From positions 75,206,001 to 75,270,000 of the forward strand of contig OZ024746.1 in assembly GCA_964016885.1 (NCBI GenBank): DNA of 64,000 bases. The letters run 5' to 3'. The DNA comes from Eledone cirrhosa. Its lineage: Eukaryota. Positions 13,101 to 23,170 of the stretch are shown here, one piece after another; the first letter of the stretch is position 1, and every line of letters begins with the position of its first letter. Both the position numbers and the translations under genes were made by a program. Below the pieces are notes generated by a model that worked only from the letters and a program-made list of their open reading frames with translations, had not been told where the DNA came from and ran no database searches.

Positions 13101-13622
13101 CAGGTCAAATCGGCCGAGTAACCCCTTGAGGCTGTTGCACCCCTCTCTATCGGGACATGCCCCTGCATAGTCCCAACGTGCATCCAGGATACCATTCCAA
13201 TCCCCCACTAAAAGCAGGGAACGGGGCGTCCCTAGAAAAGACTCCAGACGCTGGAAAAAGTCGGGCCGCTCTGTCCCAAAAGGGGCATATGCGGCTATCA
13301 GCCTAAGGGCTCTACCTTCACCACTGCCAAGGTCCAGCACCACCAGTCGACCCCCTGGGTCCAAGTGAACTATCTGTGTTGCAAGGCCCATATGTTTTTG
13401 CAGCAGAACGACAACCCCACCCCCACCTCCGGGCTGACAGAGAGATGCGTGCATCTCAAAGTCGTCAAAGGTGGGGGCTAGCTGTCGCATGCTGCTGATC
13501 CGGGCCTCGCAGATAACCATCACATTTATAGATTGTGACCTGAGGTCATTTAGAAGCATTGCTTGCTTCCAAGACGAGCCCAGGCCACGCGCATTTAGAC
13601 ACCCTACTCTTAGCACAGCCAT
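10185..13622 (-). CDS. ORF2: AP endonuclease, reverse transcriptase and C-terminal CCHC zinc finger (1145 aa from MAVLRVG)
   Basis: APE motifs LNARGL, ICE, VGDWN, YLDRF, SDH; RT motifs KSPGLDG, FRPITLLN, LDQSKAFDRVDH, IRQGCPLS, AYADD; CPRC..ETVAHALVHC; Kozak-like accaacATGG at 13622. Confidence 0.95.
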   Translation of the reverse strand: MAVLRVGCLNARGLGSSWKQAMLLNDLRSQSINVMVICEARISSMRQLAPTFDDFEMHASLCQPGGGGGVVVLLQKHMGLATQIVHLDPGGRLVVLDLGSGEGRALRLIAAYAPFGTERPDFFQRLESFLGTPRSLLLVGDWNGILDARWDYAGACPDREGCNSLKGLLGRFDLADRFRLDFPTVPTWSWSNRSGSSRSYLDRFLVRNKDRDFLSCPEMLMVGYSDHKLVTCMVNLDRTHRQGPGYWKLNLSLPASKAYRNRISTLVKERLTGAIVNSRWWVSLKREIRVVSIEFSKVLAADRNRKERELIDRVEEAIRSGDVARVLASRTALSQFFDAKHEGCVVRSKIRALGNEGAKAVSWARVTEANSGTKSTIRSLRDLDGRAILEPKQMCEAFQRHFTRLFGRGGEPVGNVDFGPYLDGLPRLSDREAKSCEEPISAAEIEDVLGQCGKRKSPGLDGLPYELYLAMPDLFPDLLEAVYCNWQQNGRIPCTVTKGVVTLVRKDENKGDEISNFRPITLLNTELQILAKVLAKRLALVVGNLVGDAQTCAIPSRSIHDNLHLMRYIIERVGNEPGFGGALINLDQSKAFDRVDHGYLAAVLAAAGFGPVFRGWITAMHSSRICSRVKVNGYLSEPFKIARSIRQGCPLSSLLHVLTLEPLLRKLELLQGIPLEPGLRKAVSAYADDVTVMVSTASEIEAVGTLLEEYEMFTGAKLNRDKSIGLQLGTWRGRPMPSDGVVGRWTEGPVKLLGVWFGPDLQVEKNWAEVTNRVFALTQKWASCKLSLKGRAEVANTYIASVIYYRLTVVPCPRETLTKMERALFQFLWKGRAPMVRRSICCQHPSKGGLGMPWLMMRKHALRLRHLYVFLTGQPVWASFVRRTFPRLVSLTELQSWVKQRPRKLGAWHTECAQALTALWQADPVISGDSTATFYRGLVRSRCDDALGEALDMEEDELAGLFGRTFSPGPMDNFQKSLAWQCYRGALPVRERLYRHGRPGRDPAKKICPRCVCDEETVAHALVHCSGVADLWGYVEQLLSRVGPIRLTTESIVMIKPPPPFKDEAEAVFLCVIAMAKEVVWWTRLKGLRSGTFLSGQQLVRFFRYHFGRRIRMEREVRHPSRFYERWVKVARMARVNGPSLYISL

Positions 13623-13646
13623 GTTGGTGGTAAAGAGAAAAGGCAC

Positions 13647-15293
13647 TTACCTCTCTGCGTCCCGGGAAACGGGCCGCTCAATTTCCATGCTGGTTGGGGA
13701 TGGGTTGTTGGGTGGGGTTGTGGTTTGTGGAAGTGAAGGGGCATCGGTGTGTTGTGGGGTTGGGGTGTTTGTCGTTGAGTGGGTGTCTGGGTGGGGTGGG
13801 GGGTGAAATTTTTTAGGAGGACGCGGTTGATTGGTTTGGCGCAGGGGGGGCCCACGTCCTCCGTGAAATTTATTTTCAGTGTTTTGTACAAGTGCATTGG
13901 GACTTTTATCATTTTCAAATGAGGTAGTCCCACAGCAGTTATAAAGTTTGGCCCTTCAGTTTGGACCGAAGGGTTTGCTGAAATTGTTTTCCGTAATTCT
14001 TTGTTGTCTGTGTTCATGTATGTGTATTGTAAGGTCTTTTTTTGTGTAGCAGTTAGTGTTGTGTGACAGGGAGGGGTGGTTTGTGTGTAGTTTGTGTTCT
14101 CTTGGGGGGGGGGTTAAAGTTAACATGTGTGTCTGTGGTGCGTCTCCTCTTCTTTCTTTTTACTTGTTGGAAGGGATCTTTTTCGTCTTGCGACGAAAGA
14201 GGTTCGTCTTCCTTGTTGGGTGGGAGGGGTATGTTTTCTGGTAGTGTTTGCGGTGTGCGTGTTTTTGTATTTGTTTTGGGTGGGGAGGGATTGGGTGGGA
14301 CAGTATTCTGTGTTATTTTTTCACGTGTTTGTTGTTGTTGTTGTTGTGGTGGTGGTGGTGGTGGGGTTGTTGGTTTTTGTTGTTGTTGTGGTTGTTTTTG
14401 TTGTTGTAGTTGGGGTGGTGTTGGTGTTGGTAGCAGTGTTTTTTTCTGTGTGAGCTGGGGACAGGCAGCCCTCAGGTGACCTCTATTGCCACAGAGGTAA
14501 CAGGAGGGACGCCTACCCTCCACAATAATGTTGAGGTGGGTACGGTCATCCAGCATGACGCGCTCAGGGATTTGGGCGATGCGTTCTGGCCTTATTTGGG
14601 TCAGAACTTCGAGGCTCGTTCCACTGAACGCGTCGCCGGATGCCTTCCCTATTGAGATGAGGTTGTCCTCGTCTAAATTGAGGAAACCGGTTAGTAACCA
14701 CCAGTAGTTTATGTTTGGGGTGATGGTGGTTATCCATATCCTCTGGGTTTTTTTACCCATGTAGGTGGGGAAGAAGGTGTAGTGTGTGGACCGAATTGGC
14801 GACACAGAGTATTTTTTTGCCGCCAATTCGTCTTTCATCAATATGGATAAACTCCCATAGAGTTTATCCTTTTGTATGAAAGTGATGTCTCTCATCGCGT
14901 CTTTCAAGACTAACTGAGTTTCTGCTTGAGATGGTTGCGCTGGTTTCTTTGTTTTATTTAAAATTGTTCGGAATACGACAGTTCGTAATTCCGTCTGTCT
15001 TTTTAGCTCCGGAGGTGAATGTATAGAAAACGATCCGTTTTCGCCAAAAGACACATATTTCTTGGCTTTTTCCAGCATTTCTTTTGCTTTTGAAATATCT
15101 TCCAGCACATAAGCGACTGATAATTTAGCCGTTTGTGCAAAAGATATTTTGTTTTCGTTTTGGATATTAGTATTGTTTTGTTTCTCGTCGTTTGAGTTGT
15201 TTTCATCTTTGTTGTTGTTGTTGTCTTTCTCGTTTCGTGTGTGGATACTTGTGACGTTTGTGTTGTTGTTGTTTTTGCTGTCTTTATTGTTGC

Positions 15294-15324
<31 letters not shown>

Positions 15325-15501
15325 GTTTTCAAATTCTTGTGTAGTTGTGGCTACATCTAGTGGTCGGTCAACAGGTGAAGACAATTCTTCCTCTCTCTGA
15401 CCTCTGCCTTTGGCATCTGCTGCTGTGACAGTGGCAGGGGGAAGCTGTGAGTATGACTTCCCCTTTCCTTCTTTGATTGATGGTGAAGATGCTTCAGCCA
15501 T
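13647..15501 (-). CDS. ORF1 (gag-like, CCHC knuckle), split by two apparent -1 frameshifts in C-rich low-complexity tracts
   Basis: ATG 15501; CYLCGNRGHLRAAC knuckle; the downstream segments YTYMNTDNKEL..KPINRVLL and HTD..PQTTTPPNNPS..MEIERPVSRDAER* align with copy 2, mostly through synonymous changes, so ORF1 probably ends at TAA 13649-13647. Confidence 0.8.
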
Positions 15502-15720
15502 TTTTCTCAAAATAGGGTTTTTCGAAGTTTTTCGAAAGATAAAATGTTCACAATACTATTTCGCCCAAAGGCGCAGAATATTTTGAGAGACCGACCAGAT
15601 CAAAATTTGACCTGGCAGTCCCTCTACAAAATGATACAAAAATGAAAGTTTACAGTTTACAATTTCCGTATGAATTTAAACAAAAACTTACCGAGCGAGC
15701 TCAGCACATGTGTCCATCGT

Positions 15721-15724
15721 AGAG

Positions 15725-15779
<55 letters not shown>

Positions 15780-15780
15780 C

Positions 15781-15843
<63 letters not shown>

Positions 15844-15844
15844 C

Positions 15845-15897
<53 letters not shown>
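15721..15897. repeat. (GATA)n microsatellite between tandem Tx1-like copies
   Basis: 5' flank of copy 1 and 3' flank of the fragment at 15898-16157. Confidence 0.95.
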
Positions 15898-16154
15898 TAT
15901 TTCTTTATTAGCCACAGGGGCACAAAAGAAGGGGACAAATACAAAGGGGGAAGTTTACATACAATAAAAACGTGTAAAATGTTATCACAGATGGAATTTA
16001 AAAGTTAGTCGATTTTCCCCAATAGAGGGAGACAGTTTATATGGGTAACACAGACCCCCGAAAAAAATGTGCAACCCTCATCTCCAGGAGTACGAAGAGC
16101 TTGTACTCCTTTCCTCTCCTCCTCCTTTTCCTCAACCTACAGGCTGATATAGAG

Positions 16155-16157
<3 letters not shown>
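15898..16157 (-). mobile_element. 5'-truncated Tx1-like 3' end
   Basis: ORF2 end (SLYISL*) and 3' UTR homologous to copy 1; (GATA)n on both sides. Confidence 0.88.
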
Positions 16158-16196
<39 letters not shown>

Positions 16197-16950
16197 TAAA
16201 GAAACACTGGCCAACCAGACGTCCAGTTAAGTAAAGACAGAGGTGTCGGGACAAAAAAAAAATGAAATTAATTCATAGAAATATCGCTGAAAATGAAACA
16301 CGAAAGAAAAGAGAAAAATTGATTGAGAAAAGAACGTATAAGAGATGGGGGGGGGGGGGGGGGCAAAAGAGAAAGACAGAAAGAGAAAAATTGGTTGAGT
16401 AGAGAGCGTATGACAGAGATTGTGGGGGTGGGAGAAAGACAGAAAGAAAAATAGACTGTGTGTATGTGTGTGTAACAGACAGCCGGACGCACAAGAACTA
16501 AGAGAGAGAAGTAAATCAGTTATAATATAGTGCGTATGCGAAGAGAGACTAATGCAAAGCCAATTGTAAAGAGAGTAGCCCACGTTGACATTTATTCCGA
16601 ATATTTCCGTTTGACAGGTTCTGTGGTTTGTTGTCTCAGTCGCCAAAGGAAGGTGACCTTTTGTTCTTTGTTGCAGCTGTCTAAACAAAGACCACGTACA
16701 AAAATGGGCTGGATTGTTGACTATTGAACCAGCAAAAGAAAACCAAACACGATAGTAATATAGAAAGAGATTATTCAGTGCAAAGGTCACTACCAGCAGC
16801 AACATCAACTACTACACGAACCAAGGAGGAAACCACTGTGGGGGTCATGTGGCCTGCTAGAAATAGCAGCCAACATCTTCTTAAGTCACATCCGAAGAAG
16901 AAGAAGAAGAAGAAGAAGAAGAAGAAGAAGAAGAAGAAGAAGAAGAAGAA

Positions 16951-17650
16951 TGTATTTGCCACAAGAGCACAAGGACACGATACAAACACACTTTAGTGGT
17001 GGGTTACGATTGTGTATAAATGAAATAAGAAACACAAAATTATAAATAATAACAACAAAGAAAATATCTCCAATATGGGTGACAGCTATCTAGAACCAAT
17101 CAAGGAAGCCCACCGAAGCCTGCCTCACCCTGTACACAAAAGGCTATCTCTCAGCTATCGTTTCCCTCCCTACAGATGCATGCTAAGATTCGGCTCATTC
17201 ACGCGGGTCATGTTTGCAACATTCGTCCACCTTTCAACAAATTTATTGGAAGCAGCATTTCCCTCTTTGCCCCTACCATCTTTCTTAAGTTGATGAAGGC
17301 TTGGTCAGTGAGAAATGTATCTCTCTTCGGTCTTCTGTAGTCTCGCCCACTACACAATTTCTTTTACTATCACAGGAAAACTCTCTGCCGTTGCCGATAA
17401 GATAAGGCGGCGGGGAAGGTTTCTGAATGGACACGACCGATAACCGGACGCACCCCAACACAAGGTAACAGCAATGCGCAGGTACTGAACAAGTACATGC
17501 AGAAAGGTTTCGGTGCCTTACGCTCATCAGAATCAGGGATTGCTGGCGGCACTTCTGTGCCTGTAGAGTGTCTCAAACCGGCTATGCCTCAGGGTAGCAC
17601 TGCCAGGCTAGAGATTTCTAGAAATTGTTCATGGTCCTCGGCCCGAAAGT
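16951..17650 (-). mobile_element. 5'-truncated, diverged Tx1-like copy ending in (TTC)n
   Basis: 17590-17640 aligns with copy 1 around 10670-10725 (KSLAWQCY); ORF2 end RVNEPNLSMHL* (CTGTAG); (AAG)n at 16895-16950 abuts the 3' end. Confidence 0.8.
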
Positions 17651-17802
17651 TCTCCAGAAATACCAGTTTCATTGAGAAATCGCGTTTTTTTATGCAGTAT
17701 AACATAGCCATCACCGTCCCCCTTTCTATTTAAATTCTAAACAATGACAAGTTATTTCATTGATAAAATGGAAGATATTTTTCAAAGCCTCCGGAAATAA
17801 TT

Positions 17803-18015
17803 GTTTCTTATATAGGCACAAGGCCAGCAATTGGGGGGGGGGGAGTCGATTAAATCAACCCCAGTGCGTGACTGATACTTTATTTTATCGATCCCGTAAG
17901 AATGAAAGGCAAAGTTAACCTCGGCGGGATTTGAACTCAGATCATAAAGGACCGTAACTCCATGCGTCAAAGCATGGCGTCCGGCCCTCTACCGATACTG
18001 CCAATCCACCGCCCT
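17803..18015 (-). mobile_element. tRNA-derived SINE with target-site duplication
   Basis: A box TGGCAGTATCGG, B box GAGTTCAAATCC; direct repeat AAAGCCTCCGGAAATAATT at 17784-17802 and 18018-18036. Confidence 0.9.
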
Positions 18016-21000
18016 TTAAAGCCTCCGGAAATAATTAAACAAAAAAGAGGAATATATCATGATTCATAGTTTATACTCAAACCGGAAAATTTAAATGATC
18101 TTATCTCTTTTTGGTCAAGTGAGGATGTTAAAACGGGAGATAGAGTACGGCAGTCATTAAATAGAACCTTGAAATAGAAGCAGATCAGTAGAAATGCTAT
18201 CGAGAATGATGATGGTTTCATTGTTATTGCACATCTTAATTAGTGACGTCTGCATGAACTTTATTAAACATATAGTTGCTTTTTTCGAGGATCTGCTGAC
18301 AACACTGGTTAACAGAAAACTGATGCAAAAATGTATTGCAATTATCAAATGGTAATGCAGATTGCTATTCTAAACGTTGTGTCTAAATATTAAAGAAAAT
18401 GTCTTGCTTCTTTTGATTTATAATATTGTTCTGTTAATTAAAGTTTATTTAAATAATAGAGATCAGCGATACATATTTAATAACGTCAACTGAATCTGTT
18501 GCCTCTGTATACAGGTGAAAATTACACATATTTAAATATTCAATAGTCAATATTTCAACAGATAAAATACTAAATTTACTCCACAGACACTTTTCATTAA
18601 TGATGATAATACGAAAATATTGAATACATAACTAGTTGGATTCATTTCTTATAATTTTCTTACATATGTATATATATATATCCGGTAGTTTTCTTTTCAT
18701 AACTAAAAGTGAGTTGTTTATTCTTAACTTCCCAGAATGTTTATTTGATCATGCTGGCTATATACAACGCTAATATAAGCCCATTAAGGACTCTTTTTCT
18801 CTCCTCCGTTTATCACCTCCAATATTTCAAATCTCCAAATAGTGTACTGTATACTTTTCTGAAGCCATTTTCGATACTTAATATCGCAGTAGAACAAATT
18901 ACCAATTTTGCTCTTTTTTCACCGAGCAGTCTGACTTAGACGTAGAGGGTCTGCAAATATATGTTAAACTCTGGTTCAATAGAACTAAATCATTTACTAG
19001 ATGCAACTGTACGAAAAAGCATAATATTCTTGCATTCCCGAGTGAAATAGAATTGTAGCGCACGAGATTGCCTTCAAACAAGGAATCTGATTCACTTTTG
19101 CTTTTTCTATGACTGTAACTCAAGCCTATGATCAAATATACTGGCGTATTACAAACAGAATGTATTTTCATTCATGTCTGTAAACGATATAAAGGATTTT
19201 CCAAATGTAGACCTACAAATTCTGGGCCTTTTTCAATGTCTGAATTCTCAAACTTCATAGAAAGCATATCTCTTGTCATATCAATCAAGCATTTTATTAG
19301 TCAAGAACGTTCTTTCCATCCGTCTTATTACACTATTTACTAGAAACAAGCAATATAATTCAATTTTAGGAAGACATAATTTCACCCAGAAGCTCTCAGT
19401 TTATAAATCTTAAACTCAATATGGTCACTGCTTCACCTCCTCAAATGAAATCCCTTTTCTGTTTTGTTTCTTTTATTTTATCGATGAATGTACTTCGTGT
19501 TTATAGTTTGTTTGCAGATTGTAATTGATGTTATTATGATCACCAATGCGTTTCTACTCTTGAGCATGATTCTAAGAAAATAAATTATTCCAAGAATAAA
19601 CGCTCAATTATAGAAACGTGTAAGTAAAATCTAAATATAATTTTTTGCTTGTATAGATTTTAGTTTAGAGGTAAGTGGGTCAATTTGGGAGAACTATGCA
19701 GGGAGAAAGAGTTATGTAAGTATTTATTAGGTGTGATTGTATATTTAAAGAAAGATAAAGAGAATAGAATTTTGATGTAGGGTAAAAACTGTCTGTATGT
19801 TCAATGGAAAATAGATGATAGCAATAACTGTTGAATGGACAAAGAAATAACACAGTCAATAAACCTCAAGTTCTTTTAATAATTGTAAACCATTATACCT
19901 AACATTTACTTACTTATATATGAATAAAACTGAAGATATTTAGGTGATAAGGATAGTAAAAGTACCATTCATACATTTAGATGATGTTTTGTGACATACG
20001 TGAAAAGAAAATGTTTTTTACTGGTTATGAAATCCATGTTAAGAATGGATATATTTATTTCACTTTTCGCCACAGTGTAATATGAAACGCCTACGCAAGT
20101 ATCTAAGTTGGCACATATACTTATCAAATTTTCCCATAATATTTATCATATGTTCTCATTTAATTTCTCATATCACATTCTTCTTCGAGGGAAATGGTGT
20201 CAGTGCTACAGGAGGCGTTTCGGTATATGGTCCGACTCTATGAGTTCTATGTTCAAATCCCACCATGGTCGAATTTGTATTTTATTCTATTTGAAGTAAG
20301 TATCACTCGGCATAAGTGTAAACGTTATGACCAAATGCACCTTGTCACAAACGGTGTGACTCGGTGCATTTGTTTCTGATATTTACACATCTTTTAATCT
20401 TGTCAATATTTTCTCAGATATGACCACTCAAGGGTATAGCATTATTATTTTTTTTTTTTAAGGGATTTAATTTTAACAATACCATGTTCTTCGGCAATAC
20501 ATCACATTTGTATGTAGAAACGGATATTCTAAAGACCAGAAACTCAGTACATCAGGAATATTTTACTTTCAACTGAGATAAGTTATATAATGAAATCAGC
20601 AATAATTCGGCTTCATTTCATATCTTTTGAGAAAAGAATCGACATTCATATACAGTGATTCCTCAACAATTCTTACAAGGATTTTCAAGATATTTGTTAT
20701 TCATTACATTACAGATCTAAGAATACGTGGATTACAACATGGCATTCTTTTCAAGGGCAATATAGAAGCAAATCTATCTTGTTCAAAAATAAATCAGACT
20801 TCACCTCACTACTGATTTATCATTTCAAATTCATATTCTTTACACAGACTGAACTTCCCACTATATAAATATACGTTAGCTATTCAAAAGTCGATAATTA
20901 TTTAGAAACACAAATACATATTATAATAATGTCTAGCCAACACATGTTTCGAAAAAGCGAATATGGAACCACAGTGCACTGATTGTATGAATAGATCTAT

Positions 21001-21676
21001 GTGCGACGAAATGCAGTTAAGAAATAAAATAAATAATGCTGATCTGTAAAGAATAGCTATAGAATGGATATATTATCATTTGTAAAGTATGCTATACTTT
21101 TATTAAATAATTATTACAGGTACCAGTCAATAACAATTACACTACTTTAGCAAATTTATCATAAATATTTTAAAGATTAGTGCCATATTTCAAAGTGGGG
21201 GAGTAAATAGAATGCAGTCTGGAATAATACTTATCGCTGTTACTATTTAATAAAGAGACACATTCCAATAAAACTGGAAATTTGCTGATTATATTTTGAT
21301 TTTTAAGCATAAGCTATAATACATTGCACTCGAAACACTATAACATTTTGATAAATAACAAGTCAAATAGGAAGCCGATATGTAGGCGTATATCCTGTGA
21401 ATCATATCAGTCAACACTTCCTAAAATCAGACCTTACCATCTTAAAACGTATGACATATTAGATAATATTGTCCTAGATCGGAGAAAACACAATAGGATG
21501 GTCACGGCTGGAATATCTTTGATTATAGATTCGCTAGATTAGGCCTGATTCTTGGCTAAACAACAAACACAACAAACACGAGTTAACTGTGGGGACACTG
21601 TATTCGCAAGACCTGCTAGAAATGTCATTTCTCATTATGCAGTCTTAAATCAAGAAGGATATAATATTGTTAGACG

Positions 21677-21885
21677 GGAGTGGATTGGCAGAATTGGTAG
21701 ATCGTCGGATAAAATGCCATTGTGGCATTTTTCTGGCTCTTTACACTCTGAGTACCAATCCCGTCGAGGTCAAATTTCCCTTTCATCATCCCAGGGTCGA
21801 TAAAATAAGGTATCAATCAAGTACTGGGTTAATTAATCAAAATTTGGCTTTCCCAAAAAATTTGCTGGCTTTTTGCCTAAACTAA
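21677..21885 (+). mobile_element. Degenerate tRNA-SINE
   Basis: Diverged match to the family consensus. Confidence 0.6.
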
Positions 21886-22099
21886 AAATCAATATTAATC
21901 AATATAGTTTTGGATGCGCACAGTTTGGCAATCGAAGGAGGGGTCACAGCTTGACCACCTTTTATGAAAAACTTAATCAAGACTGACATAGACTAAGTAA
22001 CAAAAACAATAATGTGTTATTCATTTTCAATCAAAATATCTCTTTAAAATTGAAATAATATTGTATTTTATCCATAATACCATAATATAATATTTACTA

Positions 22100-22380
22100 T
22101 TCTATTCTGGCATCCGTATGTCTCGGGAGACGATGAAGATTGCGTCATGGATGTCAGTTTGTGGTGGAACTGCAGTGCCTGCTGTGGCTGTAGAGCCCGA
22201 TCTTTAAACGTCAGATCCTGTTGTAGTTGCTGCATGTGAAGACGATGTCGTCCAAGGGTGCTGACTCTGTTCTCTGACGTCTGCGTGCTCTACTTTCTTC
22301 CCACCGCTCCTCTCTCCTCTACTCAATGGCCGACATCTTGGCAAGTAGGCAGCTGCTGCGGCCAGCTGCCCCCGTTTCAA
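22100..22380 (-). mobile_element. RTE-clade LINE 3' fragment
   Basis: FTCSNYNRI*RLKIGLYSHSRHC, a degenerate terminal zinc finger typical of RTE ORFs; short AATAG-type tail. Confidence 0.7.
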
Positions 22381-22387
22381 TTTAATA

Positions 22388-22566
22388 TTGTTTCTACTTT
22401 TGGCACAAGTCCAGCAAATACCCAGTGTATTACTGGTACTTTATTTTATGGACCCCGTAAGGATGAAAGGCAAAGTTAACCTCGGCGGGATTTGAACTCA
22501 GACCGTAAAGGGACGTAACTCTATGCTTCAAAGCATGGTGTCCGACGCTCTACCGATACTGCCAAT
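22388..22566 (-). mobile_element. tRNA-derived SINE
   Basis: Family consensus with A/B boxes. Confidence 0.8.
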
Positions 22567-22742
22567 ATTGATGATAAAACTACAATGTAGAAAATGTTAC
22601 ATGTCATCTTCACATGTTCAAAACGAGAAATAAAGATGTTATCATTTTAAAATCTGTCAACTTTTGCTTTCATCCTTTCGAGGTCCATAAAAAATATACC
22701 AGTCCATTACTGGTGTCGGCTCTTTTTCACTTTCTCTCTCTC

Positions 22743-22800
<58 letters not shown>

Positions 22801-22922
22801 TCCCTCTCCCTCTCTCTCTCTCTTTCTCTCTCTCTCGCTCTCTCTCGCTCTCTCTCTCTCTATATATATATATCACCCTCTCTTTATCTCTCTCTCGCTC
22901 TCTCTATGTGTGTGTGTGTGTG

Positions 22923-22957
<35 letters not shown>

Positions 22958-22964
22958 TATCTAT

Positions 22965-23170
22965 AAAGCTCTTCGTACTCCTGGAGATGAGGGTTGCACA
23001 TTTTTTTCGGGGGTATGTGTTACCCATATAAACTGTCTCCCTCTATTGGGGAAAATCGACTAACTTTTAAATTCCATCTGTGATAACATTTTACACGTTT
23101 TTATTGTATGTAAACTTCCCCCTTTGTATTTGTCCCCTTCTTTTGTGCCCCTGTAGCTAATAAAGAAATA
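22965..23170 (+). mobile_element. 5'-truncated Tx1-like 3' UTR inserted in (TATC)n with a 14-bp TSD
   Basis: Near-identical reverse complement of 15898-16102; TATCTATTATCTAT at 22951-22964 and 23171-23184. Confidence 0.9.

Larger units (their letters stand above)
9921..15720 (-). mobile_element. Full-length L1/Tx1-clade non-LTR retrotransposon, copy 1
   Basis: 5' UTR, CCHC ORF1, intact APE-RT-CCHC ORF2, 3' UTR with AATAAA; (GATA)n on both sides. Confidence 0.93.

Noticed and set aside
10502-13170. Plus-strand ORFs inside LINE ORF2
   Set aside because: Antisense shadows of GC-rich coding sequence.
13610-14017. Independent third ORF in the LINE
   Set aside because: Its ATG is not conserved in copy 2 and homology extends upstream; better read as frameshifted ORF1.
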